A DNA stretch of 64,000 nt from Octopus bimaculoides (taxonomy: Eukaryota): assembly GCF_001194135.2 (NCBI RefSeq), contig NC_068990.1, positions 63,091,011 through 63,155,010 of the forward strand, read 5' to 3'. Below are positions 12,586-24,858 of this stretch, one piece after another. Made by a program: the position numbers and the translations under genes. Below the pieces are notes generated by a model that was not told the DNA's origin, made no database searches, and was given only the letters and a program-made list of their open reading frames with translations. Every line of letters begins with the position of its first letter. Positions within the stretch are counted from its first letter, which is position 1.

Positions 12586-13139
12586 TTATAAAGCAACTCA
12601 ATTGCAATGTAGCACAACAAATACTTGATAAGATCGCTAAAGATGTAAGTATTTAAAACTTGATCCAAATTTTTTTAAGAAATCATTCAGTAACGTAATT
12701 ACGCCTCAGATTCAAAGCTAGACAGCAGTAACATCAACAACAACAATTGTACTATTTCTAATTTTTAACAACCTCCGTGGAATGGATACGCAGTTTACCA
12801 GCCTGTCTGCTTTTGACAGTGTCTTATAGCAGATTTGTATATTAATACAAAAACACGCTCACTTGGGGTACTGCCTTGTATTTTATCGCACACATATAGG
12901 GTCTCACACATCCAATAGTAGGTTTATTATTTGCTATTTTGAAGCATGTACATTGTATATTTACACATGGAATCCAAGAAAAAAAAACAGCAGCATATAC
13001 CAAAATACTCACAAATTACAATAAATATTGAACTGCTATTAATGACGCTTTCTAATTTTGAAGGAAGGGAGTTAGTCAATTACATGAATCCTATTATTTG
13101 ACCGGTATTTTCGGCAGTTTACAATTACTACCACCACCA

Positions 13140-13202
13140 ACAACAACAACAGCAATAACAATAACAATAATAATAATAACAACAATAATAATAATAATAA
13201 TG

Positions 13203-13281
<79 letters not shown>

Positions 13282-13290
13282 TAATAATAA
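13140..13290. repeat. (CAA)n/(TAA)n trinucleotide array
   Basis: Direct reading. Confidence 0.95.
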
Positions 13291-13611
13291 GGTATGCGAT
13301 AAGGAAGATAGAGACGTCGATAGATATAACAGGTTAGCTTGGGAGGTTAAGCAGTTGTGGTCGATGAAAATGGTGGTAGTAGTAATACCGAAAATTGTCG
13401 GGGACTTGGGAACAGCGAATAAACATCTTGAGAAGTACATGGAACAAATAGGGGATGCAATAAGAGTGGAGCATTTGCAGTAAACAGCACTGCTTAGAAC
13501 CGCTCGAATACTCCGGATGGGGCTCGAAAAATAAGGGGTGTTATCTTAGTTCCCTGGTAGTGAACAGCTGGCACCGTAGTGCATCTTCAGCGTTAGAAGC
13601 TGTGCAAAGAC
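13291..13611 (+). mobile_element. R4/Dong-clade retrotransposon 3' end inside a (TAA)n tract
   Basis: WEVKQLWSMKMVVVVIPKIVGDLGTANKHLEKYMEQIGDAIRVEHLQ*TALLRTARILRMGLEK* is an RLE C-terminus. A ~80-bp 3'UTR and a (TGA)(TAA)n tail follow. Confidence 0.85.
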
Positions 13612-13624
13612 AATGATGATGATG

Positions 13625-13693
<69 letters not shown>

Positions 13694-13715
13694 GGATAAA
13701 TAAATAAATAAATAA

Positions 13716-14271
13716 ATGCCCTGATAAAGTACCAGGCAGTGGCTCTCATGACTTCTGATCTTAACTGATTGGAAGTGTTATCATGTACATTGTTTTGTCT
13801 TGGTATAAATGATGGGCTGCAGCAAATATTCTGCTCAATACCACAGATTTGCTTTTCAGTTGTTTGATCTTAACCAGTTGAGCATGTTCCTTAGTGGCTG
13901 ACGATATGTGCATCTCTGATCACGAGCAGAAGTAGTGGGGGAGGGAGCATCATAGCCATGTGTTGAGAGGAATTCTTTGGGATTTTAATAATTCACCTTT
14001 GGAAACATGGCTGTTTCGTTCAACATCCTTAAACAACCCTTATTCAGGAATCTTTTGAGTGGGATGGGCTACTCGATCTGATGAAAGCTCTAACTGGGCT
14101 CCACCTACAAGGTCATGCGCTGCTTATCTTGACATGAGATCACCATGTCGCGCATATATGGTTGTGATGCATTACCTGTCTGATAATCAGACGGGCAGTC
14201 ATGATGGGCATATTGGGCTTCGTATATTTTACCCCAGTGCCAATCTGATGGCCTGTACTACTCTCTCACTC
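13716..14271. mobile_element. Non-coding ~556-bp interspersed element bounded by (TAAA)n/(TAA)n
   Basis: A complex, GC-richer block with sharp borders against AT repeats, no long ORF and no obvious TIR or tRNA head. It resembles, from recollection only, an abundant octopus repeat. Confidence 0.55.
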
Positions 14272-14304
14272 AATAATAATAATGATAATGATAACAATAA
14301 TAAT

Positions 14305-14518
14305 AATACCGATTCCAAATTTTGGCACAAGGTCAGTAAGATCGGGGGAAGGTGTATATCGGTTACATCGACTTCAGTACTTAACTGGTGCTATTTTATC
14401 GGCCCCAAAAGGATGAAAACTAGGGTCGACCTCGGCGGAATTTGAACTCAGAACATAAGGCAGACGAAATACCGCTTAGGATTTTGCCCGGTGTGCTAAC
14501 GATTCTGCCAGTTCGCCT
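14305..14518 (-). mobile_element. SINE family A, full length
   Basis: Reverse-complement of GGCGAACTGGCAGAATCGTTAGCAC…GAGTTCAAATTCCGCCGAGGTCGAC…. Confidence 0.85.
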
Positions 14519-14520
14519 TT

Positions 14521-14618
<98 letters not shown>

Positions 14619-14736
14619 ATAATAATAATAATAATAATAATAATGAGAAGAAGAAGAAGAAGAAGAAGAAGAAGAAGAAGAAGAAGAAGAAGAAGAAGAA
14701 GAAGAAGAAGAAGAAGAAGAAGAAGAAGAAGAAGAA
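14521..14736. repeat. Compound (TAA)n-(TGA)n-(TAA)n-(GAA)n array
   Basis: Direct reading. Confidence 0.95.
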
Positions 14737-14905
14737 TGGTTTCAAATGTTGGCACAAGGTCAGAAATTTTGGGGTGGGGAGGATAATTCGACTACATTGA
14801 CCCCAAAGCTTAAGTGGTACTTATTTTATCTAACCCGAAACACTAAAACCCAAAGTTGATCTTGACGGAATTTGAACTCAGAACGTAAAGTGCCTGAACA
14901 AATAC
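14737..14905 (-). mobile_element. SINE family A, 5'-truncated
   Basis: Shares the GGAATTTGAACTCAGAACGTAAAG and 3' modules. Confidence 0.75.
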
Positions 14906-14939
14906 CACAATACAGTTTTTCTAAACACTCTAATAATTC

Positions 14940-15250
14940 AATCAATACCTTCTCCAGCAGCAACTTGGTGCGTCCACCTGCCAGCCCAGGCTCCGCTGCT
15001 CGTCAGGCCGAGAAGGACAAACTGTCAAAGTATCGGCGGCTCTCTGTCAGGTCTGTGTTCCATACTGTGACATTGGAAACCTCCGGCGTTCTCGGCCCCC
15101 GGATGACATCCCTCTTCAGGGCTCTCAGTGCAGAGGTGGCTATCCTCAACTGCGAGCCTCGTGAATCGGAGTGACTGTTCCAGCGCGTCTTCCTCCCCAT
15201 CCTCCGGGGCAATGCCTATTCTATTGTATCCGCTGGGATCATGGGGCGGA
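14940..15250 (+). mobile_element. CRE-clade non-LTR retrotransposon 3' end (RLE domain)
   Basis: PGSAARQAEKDKLSKYRRLSVRSVFHTVTLETSGVLGP…EPRESE*LFQRVFLPILRGNAYSI matches AAxxAExxKxxKY…FxPxxxETxGxxG…QRxSxxxxRGNA of CRE-type RLE. Confidence 0.75.
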
Positions 15251-18133
15251 CTGACAAGCTTTGTTAGGTATATTTTTGCTGTGAGGAAGACGTATGATGA
15301 TTTAGGTTGGGTGCTTCGACAAATTTAGATAACTATTCTACCAGCCCAACACACTGAAAACAACACAACAGTATAAATGATTTAAAGGTCTTTTAGCTAC
15401 ATAAAGACTTGAATGAATGCATGTGGCTTCTGAATAACACAGAGAAATCCAGTGCTGGTATATATCCACGTTGAACTCTTCAATTGTTTGTTTTTCTCCT
15501 TATTACTATGAATTATATGGAAATTGCGAGCTGTGTCACATTCCCAAAATAGCATTTTTCTAACTGCGTTCTATGCCCAACCTCTAACGCATCAACGTTG
15601 ATAGTAACAGTAGAAAATGTTTTTCTGTTTTTATTGTTCCCCTTCATTAGTGACTGACAATACATAATGCTGTGTCTATTGGAGATTACTAGTATTTAGT
15701 GAATGTCCAGGATAAAAAACAAAAAAAATCTTTCGTAATCAGCGTCGTTGTAATCGTTAAACACTTAGCTACTTGTTTTTGATAACAATGAAGATAACGT
15801 CTAAGTTATCTATTTATGGACTTCATCTGCCTTTCATCTCTCAGATCAGAAGCTTGCTGTTAAAGCGTTCGTGCTCTGAAGATTTTCTCACTGGTACACA
15901 GAGGTACGCCAAATTTTAACAGACTCCTTCATCTACATATTAAAGACTTTCGTTCTGTTACTTCTGGCCAGCTATTTTATTCTTACATGGCTCATTTTAG
16001 TAAATACTTAATGGATTTCTCTTCAATATGAGCCAGCAATCATTGTCAATGAATTCATACAATTTTCACTATTTTTAAATTTAAAAAATGCTTATAAATT
16101 CATCGTTATAGAATTTCTTAAAAACACTTAAAAATTTAGTTTATTTTAATTAGAACCTCCTCAACTTTCTTTAAAATATTTTATTCTTTACAGTTATGAT
16201 GCGAAAGAACTTCTTTAAATTACTTTGTCATCCATTTTTCATTTATTTAAATTCTTTATATTAATATTTATTATTGCCGAAAGGCGTGAGGAAAATCAAT
16301 AGTTATGTCTCGAAGAATTCAAAGAGTTCAGGCTCCGAGCAAGGTCGAAGTCGAAAAGCACAATCATTACATATAGAAAACCAGCCCTTTTCTTTAGAGA
16401 ATGACTTTACTAAAGTTCATGAATTTATCGAAAGAAATATAAATGCAAAGTTTATTTTAAATGTTGCCACTCAAAAAGTAATATTTTCTTACTTATGAAT
16501 AACGTCAAATTTTATGGAAGAGAAATATAGAAGAACGAAACAAATTATGTACGTTACTGAGTTTCAGAAATTATGGACCACACCCATGTTGTGCTTAGAA
16601 ATATAGATGAAGTGTGTGTCACCAAGTACCTCTTTACCCATGCAATAACAGGTAGCATTTAACTTAGGAAATAAATTCATGAAAGAGACGTCAGCGTTTC
16701 TGTTGCATAAACGATAAACTACGTCACACTGGATCCTACTTCTACTCAAACTGACTAGGTCGTTGATAGCTGAATGCTTTCTTACAAGTGAAGGAATGCA
16801 ACATTTTGACTACTTAGAAATCCGAGCAAACCTTCTACACTGTATTCTGCATTACAATATTTTCAGCTACTTTGTTATTTTGTACAATGTTACCTTTAGT
16901 CAATCCCACATAGATGCTAGTTATACTATCATTAGCAATCATCTTGCCAGTCCTTAATATACAACATAAATCACTATCATTCTGTCATCCATCACGGTCT
17001 TCTAAACTAAATTTACATATTACATTAAACTATTCCCATAGCGACGCTCAAACTCTTTATAGTAGAACACCATTGTTCGAATGCTGGAATTTATTACAAT
17101 ATATTTTTTATTGCAAAAACCATGAATTTTTACATAATTACTATAATATCTAGAGATACTTCGTTAGATATCTGACGGTATATAGAAATATTGATGACTA
17201 AATCTGCATTGTAAGGAATATTTTATAATTCAAATTTATCCTGTAAAACATTAGACCAGGTCACTAACTTAAATCTGTAGTACCAATCAATTTTTCGAAC
17301 CGATATTTTTCTAAAAATGGCAGAAAATTAATGAATACTGAAGCTGATTATTTTCTTCTTTTCTTCTTCTTCTTTTTCTTCTTCTTTTCATTCGATTATT
17401 TTTTTAATTAAAGAATCTAATGACCCAGTAAAATAATGAAGATTTTTTTTTTCATCAAAACAAACCGCTTCCTGAAGAACTTAAATTTTATGCAAATTTT
17501 TCTTTACTTCAATTTTTATCAAAATGGTCACCCCCAAAATTAGCTTAGACTGTCTCATCATCAAACGAGTTACTGTTTGGTTGATTTATTCATTTTTTAC
17601 ACAATCTCCTAGCATTATATGGAGTTAACTTCGTACACTGCCAAAGTGTCTAACGTGCTGTTTTAGTTTTCAAGCGGCAAACTCAATGGTATTTTGTTTC
17701 AACCATGACACTATTGTTACTTGGCTTTTGTTCTTTTCAATTTTTTTTTCAAGTGCTGAGTGTCGTAAAATTGACGCGGTCCACTGCTTCATAAGTGTTC
17801 AAACATTCTTAAACTGCGCGCCACATCATTCCAAATCACCAACTATTCATGCCGCTATCATTTTTCTATTGAAGCATAACAATACATATTTTTTTCATCT
17901 TACGTATTGTTCATTTTTACACCGAAACTAGTTTCACTAAAAGTTCTATTTATATTTTAAAATTTTACAGCGTTTGTTAAAGATATAAAAATATTTTATG
18001 GTTTTTACTTTTTACTGTTTCTCGACCACGACGTTCACATATAGAATCTAATGTTTTCTTTTTTCGCTATAATTCCGTTGTTAATTATGTTATTTATATA
18101 TATTTTTATATTGTTTGTTGTTGCTTAGTGAAA

Positions 18134-18178
<45 letters not shown>

Positions 18179-18517
18179 NNNNNNNNNNNNNNNNNNNNNN
18201 NNNNNNNNNNNNNNNNNNNNNNNNNNNNNNNNNNNNNNNNNNNNNNNNNNNNNNNNNNNNNNNNNNNNNNNNNNNNNNNNNNNNNNNNNNNNNNNNNNNN
18301 NNNNNNNNNNNNNNNNNNNNNNNNNNNNNNNNNNNNNNNNNNNNNNNNNNNNNNNNNNNNNNNNNNNNNNNNNNNNNNNNNNNNNNNNNNNNNNNNNNNN
18401 NNNNNNNNNNNNNNNNNNNNNNNNNNNNNNNNNNNNNNNNNNNNNNNNNNNNNNNNNNNNNNNNNNNNNNNNNNNNNNNNNNNNNNNNNNNNNNNNNNNN
18501 NNNNNNNNNNNNNNNNN
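18179..18517. other. Assembly gap flanked by (TA)n. Other gaps: 19335-19791, 21112-21532, 22413-23142, 23920-24128, 26563-26590, 30073-30155, 33696-34427, 39736-39745
   Basis: Runs of N, most abutting microsatellites. Confidence 1.
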
Positions 18518-18567
<50 letters not shown>

Positions 18568-18690
18568 GACGTTGTAATCTGCGGCTTCATTACAGATAGC
18601 ATTTGAATATTTAATGTTACCATTGTTAGAAATACTAGAATACGTTTAACAATTTGCAGCAACACTTCAATAACACGTCGACTTAATCAC

Positions 18691-18726
<36 letters not shown>

Positions 18727-18949
18727 ATTACTGCAGCTGCTACTATTACTATTACATTTCCTACTATTAATGCTGCTGATGTTGTTGCTACAAATACTAC
18801 TAATGTTGTTATTCTTGATACAAATCTTAATGAATAATAAAAGAAAAGCAAAACCTGCATGTCACAAAAAGAAAAAAAAAAGAAAACGATTGAAATCCAA
18901 GACTACATCACTCACAGATAATCTATTATAGAGTAATTCAATCTCTAAA

Positions 18950-19334
18950 GCGGCGACCTGGCAGAAACGTTAGCAAGTCGGGCGAAATGGTTAGCAGTAA
19001 TTCGTCTGCCGTTACGTTCTGAGTTCAATTTCCGCCGAGGTCGACTTTGCATTTCATACTTTCGGGGTCGATAAATTAAGTACCAGTTGCACACTGGGTC
19101 GATCTAATCGACTGGCCCTTCCCCCAAAATTTCGGGCCTTGTGCCTAGAGTAGAAAATAATATATTCCTTCTAAGGAAATAAGGTGGTAAGCTGGCAGAA
19201 ACGTTAGCACGTCGGGCGACTATGCTTAATGGTATTCCGTCTGCCGCTACGTTTTGAGTTCAAATTCCGCCGAGGTCGACTTTACCTTTCATCCTTTCGG
19301 GGTCGATTAATTAAGTACCAGTTACGCACTGGAG
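18950..19334 (+). mobile_element. Two tandem SINE family A copies (18950-19160 full; 19183-19334 cut by gap)
   Basis: Both have the CTGGCAGAAACGTTAGCA head and the GAGTTCAA(A/T)TTCCGCCGAGGTCGAC B-box region. Confidence 0.9.
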
Positions 19335-19791
19335 NNNNNNNNNNNNNNNNNNNNNNNNNNNNNNNNNNNNNNNNNNNNNNNNNNNNNNNNNNNNNNNNNN
19401 NNNNNNNNNNNNNNNNNNNNNNNNNNNNNNNNNNNNNNNNNNNNNNNNNNNNNNNNNNNNNNNNNNNNNNNNNNNNNNNNNNNNNNNNNNNNNNNNNNNN
19501 NNNNNNNNNNNNNNNNNNNNNNNNNNNNNNNNNNNNNNNNNNNNNNNNNNNNNNNNNNNNNNNNNNNNNNNNNNNNNNNNNNNNNNNNNNNNNNNNNNNN
19601 NNNNNNNNNNNNNNNNNNNNNNNNNNNNNNNNNNNNNNNNNNNNNNNNNNNNNNNNNNNNNNNNNNNNNNNNNNNNNNNNNNNNNNNNNNNNNNNNNNNN
19701 NNNNNNNNNNNNNNNNNNNNNNNNNNNNNNNNNNNNNNNNNNNNNNNNNNNNNNNNNNNNNNNNNNNNNNNNNNNNNNNNNNNNNNNNNNN

Positions 19792-19822
<31 letters not shown>

Positions 19823-19876
19823 TTATCTATCTACACAGACGCGCACACACACACACATATCTATACACATATACAT

Positions 19877-19921
<45 letters not shown>

Positions 19922-20099
19922 CAAATAGGGCGGGATTATCAATCCGGGTAAAATACTTCATAAGCTAACTATATGACTTAGCTTAGTGAAGAATTCCAAG
20001 AAATCTTTTGGTAGGATCCCAGGTTATTGTTCATTACAATTTTATATTTTAAATCCGTGTATGTGCTCAGATTAACTAGTTTTTACAGAGTGATATATA

Positions 20100-21000
20100 A
20101 GAAAGCAGTTAAAAATAATGGCCTTTACCTATAGTTCCTTTATTTGAGCAAATTTGGCTTACATCTGTTTCCAGTAATCATTATTGGTACATTACCGGTA
20201 GGTTTACTCAATTAGTCTATTGATCAACTGAAACAAATTGAATGACCTAAGAAGATTAATGCTACTTTCGTCAGAGCCATTTCTGGATATAACAAGCAGA
20301 TCTCTTGAGGAATGAGAGTGAGTCCTTTCACTCTCTAAAAATACTCCCCACTATGCTAGATTAAAAACTGAATATTACTTCTTAGAATGACCCATGCCCA
20401 TGAAAAACCTATATCAAATTTCAATGCAATAGCTGGAGTATATCTAACATATATACAATACTAGTATGGTAATGGGTGCTGACTCATATTCGCGACTGTC
20501 CTTTTCCAAATTTGGTTCCTAATCCTACTAAGTGACTCATGTACCACGCCCTTAATTCCTTCTACTCCTTTGTAAGTGACCTGTCTTCCCCTGTTCTCTA
20601 TTTTACTTGAAGATCTCCATCTTCCCCCACCCTCCTCTGCTTGTTATGTGTGTAGCATTAGTGTTCTTTGGTCCTTTAATTTGCCTCACTTGATCAATAC
20701 ATCAAAATATACTTATCAGTAATTTGCCTATAATGACCACGGGAAACAGCTGTAAGCCACATTTGTTCCAATAAAGGAATTATATGTAATCACCATTATT
20801 TTAAACTTGGTTCTCATATATCACTCTGTGTAAAAACCAGTTTATCTGGAAGCCATCGACAGATTTACAATATAGAATTGTGATAAACCATAACCTTGAA
20901 CCCTACCGAATGATTACCTGGAGTTCTTCACTAATCTAAGTAATATTATTATCCTGGTGTTCCAACAGAGATCTGATGAAGAATTTTGCCTGGAATGAAA
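20100..21000 (+). mobile_element. Very decayed CR1/L2-type RT remnant
   Basis: TTGNSCKPHL (GFRxGRSCxxQL-like) and PGVPTE (SGVPQG-like) occur in the expected order. The signal is weak. Confidence 0.35.
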
Positions 21001-21019
21001 GACCCCACTATGTTCTCTT

Positions 21020-21111
<92 letters not shown>

Positions 21112-21534
21112 NNNNNNNNNNNNNNNNNNNNNNNNNNNNNNNNNNNNNNNNNNNNNNNNNNNNNNNNNNNNNNNNNNNNNNNNNNNNNNNNNNNNNNNNN
21201 NNNNNNNNNNNNNNNNNNNNNNNNNNNNNNNNNNNNNNNNNNNNNNNNNNNNNNNNNNNNNNNNNNNNNNNNNNNNNNNNNNNNNNNNNNNNNNNNNNNN
21301 NNNNNNNNNNNNNNNNNNNNNNNNNNNNNNNNNNNNNNNNNNNNNNNNNNNNNNNNNNNNNNNNNNNNNNNNNNNNNNNNNNNNNNNNNNNNNNNNNNNN
21401 NNNNNNNNNNNNNNNNNNNNNNNNNNNNNNNNNNNNNNNNNNNNNNNNNNNNNNNNNNNNNNNNNNNNNNNNNNNNNNNNNNNNNNNNNNNNNNNNNNNN
21501 NNNNNNNNNNNNNNNNNNNNNNNNNNNNNNNNTA

Positions 21535-21860
21535 TGATGGCTGCACCCTCGTTATCGAGTATGGTCATTGCACGAAGCGTAACTTAATGGTGGTGTGATC
21601 GAATGTGACTTTTTAGCCCAGCCAAAGATCTACACTGTCTTGCACAGAGTTGGCATCCAAAACCTTTACTGGCAATAGCTGGCTGTTGTTGTAATTGGGT
21701 TCCATGTACCTTTGCGTGTCGTTTAAACCCTCCTGCTGAATCATACTCCCTTCCACATGCCTGACAGACATGATTAGTATGGTGTGTAGCATCATCACCA
21801 GTGGCCTGGTAGTCAATCGCCAGTCTTGCTTTATGACTACGAAGATAAATCATGAGTCCA
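21535..21860 (-). mobile_element. RTE LINE 3' end encoding two C2H2 zinc fingers
   Basis: HVCQACGREYDSAGGFKRHAKVH and FGCQLCARQCRSLAGLKSHIRSH, followed by an RTE-like 3'UTR ending …AACGAGGGTGCAGCCATCAT. Confidence 0.7.
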
Positions 21861-22126
21861 GCTGATCCCGGAACCATGTGATTGGGAAGCAAGCTTCTTG
21901 TTTCTTTATTGCCCACATGGGGCTGAACATAGAGGGGACAAACAAGGACAGACAGAGGGATTAAGTCGATTACATTGACCCCAGTGCGTAACTGGTACTT
22001 AATTTATCGACCCCGAAAGGATGAAAAGCAAAGTCGACCTCGGCGGAATTTCAACTCAGAACGTAACGGCAGTCGAAATACTGCTAAGCATATCGCCTAG
22101 CGTGCTAACGTTTCTGCCAGCTCGCT
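21860..22126 (-). mobile_element. SINE family A variant (21900-22126) adjacent to a family B head fragment (21860-21899)
   Basis: A family A head and B box with an alternative tail (…CCCCATGTGGGCAATAAAGAAA), then AAGAAGCTTGCTTCCCAATCACATGGTTCCGGG. Confidence 0.8.
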
Positions 22127-22129
22127 TGA

Positions 22130-22412
22130 ATTTTCTCCTTGGGGACATCTGTCGTCTTTCCTCAGGGAAGTTTTTATCCTTTAAACCTTTGTAGTTTTGG
22201 CAGGGTGTCGGGTGGGCAAACCGGCAGTTTTTGCCGTCTTCCCCATGCCAAAATTTGCCTTGCAGGTAAAGTTTGCAAGTTTTTGGGTGCCTTCCAAATT
22301 TCTTCTTTCCTTTGGTGTCTTGGATGGCATTAGGATCCACCTTGCGATTTTCTACTTTTTGTTCTTCCTTTTCTTGTGGGTACTATTTTCCACTCGTTAT
22401 CTATTGGGGTGA
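22130..22412 (-). mobile_element. Probable LINE ORF1 remnant with a degenerate CCCH zinc finger
   Basis: KTCKLYLQGKFWHGEDGKNCRFAHPTPCQNY, preceded by a basic EWKIVPTRKGR segment. Runs into a gap. Confidence 0.5.
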
Positions 22413-23182
22413 NNNNNNNNNNNNNNNNNNNNNNNNNNNNNNNNNNNNNNNNNNNNNNNNNNNNNNNNNNNNNNNNNNNNNNNNNNNNNNNNNNNNNNNN
22501 NNNNNNNNNNNNNNNNNNNNNNNNNNNNNNNNNNNNNNNNNNNNNNNNNNNNNNNNNNNNNNNNNNNNNNNNNNNNNNNNNNNNNNNNNNNNNNNNNNNN
22601 NNNNNNNNNNNNNNNNNNNNNNNNNNNNNNNNNNNNNNNNNNNNNNNNNNNNNNNNNNNNNNNNNNNNNNNNNNNNNNNNNNNNNNNNNNNNNNNNNNNN
22701 NNNNNNNNNNNNNNNNNNNNNNNNNNNNNNNNNNNNNNNNNNNNNNNNNNNNNNNNNNNNNNNNNNNNNNNNNNNNNNNNNNNNNNNNNNNNNNNNNNNN
22801 NNNNNNNNNNNNNNNNNNNNNNNNNNNNNNNNNNNNNNNNNNNNNNNNNNNNNNNNNNNNNNNNNNNNNNNNNNNNNNNNNNNNNNNNNNNNNNNNNNNN
22901 NNNNNNNNNNNNNNNNNNNNNNNNNNNNNNNNNNNNNNNNNNNNNNNNNNNNNNNNNNNNNNNNNNNNNNNNNNNNNNNNNNNNNNNNNNNNNNNNNNNN
23001 NNNNNNNNNNNNNNNNNNNNNNNNNNNNNNNNNNNNNNNNNNNNNNNNNNNNNNNNNNNNNNNNNNNNNNNNNNNNNNNNNNNNNNNNNNNNNNNNNNNN
23101 NNNNNNNNNNNNNNNNNNNNNNNNNNNNNNNNNNNNNNNNNNAACCATGTGGTTGGTAAGCAAGCTACTTACCACACAGCCA

Positions 23183-23223
<41 letters not shown>

Positions 23224-23867
23224 CGACTTCAACACAAGTGTGGCTGCCATCTACGAATGTTCTGACTGAACTGCCGGCCACGGCAACGGATTGGCATAAT
23301 AAATGACGACAGAAACTTTACATGTATGCAACTTTTAAATTTATCGCTATAGATATTCTGTATAGTTCAGAGAGCCACCACTGTTACGACGTTTCTTAAA
23401 CAAATACCTCCACCTAAACAATACGACCGAAGAGACAATAAGCAGGTAATGGGTGTATATGCGTATTTCATAGATTATTGTTATTTCATCACCACTCTAA
23501 ACATTGCTTAAAAAGCCACTGGGGTTTGTAGTATAATACAATTGGACAGAAAAAATTGCATATTAAATACACTCTTGGCAACGTCTACGTATATTCAATT
23601 GCGGGCAAGACCGCAGTATTTCTTTTTGCAGTCATAATATTCTACGAAGCATAATAAACATTTAAAACTTAATAGTGTATCATACCCAGTGTTAGCAGTG
23701 CGATGTTTTCACTTTTAAGTTAATCACTGCAGACTGCCTGTCGAATTGAGAGCTACTTCGGTAAATTTCGTAAACAAATAGTAATATATAACTGTTGCAA
23801 AACGAAATATTGTGGCCTTGCCAGCAATAAAAAAATACATATGTATGTGTGTGTACGTGTGTGAGTG

Positions 23868-23907
<40 letters not shown>

Positions 23908-24599
23908 TATATATATATANNNNNNNNNNNNNNNNNNNNNNNNNNNNNNNNNNNNNNNNNNNNNNNNNNNNNNNNNNNNNNNNNNNNNNNNNNNNNNNNN
24001 NNNNNNNNNNNNNNNNNNNNNNNNNNNNNNNNNNNNNNNNNNNNNNNNNNNNNNNNNNNNNNNNNNNNNNNNNNNNNNNNNNNNNNNNNNNNNNNNNNNN
24101 NNNNNNNNNNNNNNNNNNNNNNNNNNNNTATATATACGTATATAAATGTATGTATATATAAATATATGTGTTTGTGAGTGTGCGTATGTGTTTAGAAGCG
24201 TGAATTAGTGACAAGAAGGGAAACAAATTGCGTAAGTTTTTTTATAGAGACCTTCAAATAAATGATGATGATGATAATGATGATGATGATGATGATGACG
24301 ACGATGATGATGATGTCTTTATGATCGATGTCACCTAGATTTCACGCATATGACAAAATAGCTTTCGGTGTCTCTTTATGAGCAAGCTTTATTTATAAGT
24401 ATTCAAGCTGTGCGCAGATTTAAAATCATGAGAACGTTTAAGAATATCTCGGAAGAAAATCAAAAGAGAAAACAAAACAAAAAAAAAACATGAAACAAAG
24501 AGAAATAATAAGAATATTTCTTTTCAAATGTTTATTGTTGGTTACATACGGTTGAGATTTAAAGCTACACACACGCTATATTAAATGACTAGCATTCCT

Positions 24600-24639
24600 G
24601 ACAATGACAATAACACTGCTGCTGCTGCTGCTATTACTA

Positions 24640-24707
<68 letters not shown>

Positions 24708-24724
24708 ATTACTACTACTACTAT

Positions 24725-24796
<72 letters not shown>

Positions 24797-24820
24797 TACT
24801 ACTACTACTACTACTGCTAT

Positions 24821-24858
<38 letters not shown>

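Noticed and set aside
10746-12668. Many 60-130 aa ORFs of YIYIYI / CVCVCV / LSLSLS type (also at 8.7-9.0, 27.2-27.7, 32.4-32.8, 45.4-46.0 and 63.0-63.4 kb)
   Set aside because: Translations of stop-free dinucleotide and tetranucleotide microsatellites.
16285-16400. Minus-strand IVLFDFDLARSL resembling a kinase DFG-LAR motif
   Set aside because: No DFG glycine, flanking stops and no splice sites.
16568-16651. Plus-strand exon-like EIMDHTHVVLRNIDEVCVTKYLFTHAIT
   Set aside because: Weak donor (GTAGCA), no partner exons and no recognisable homology.
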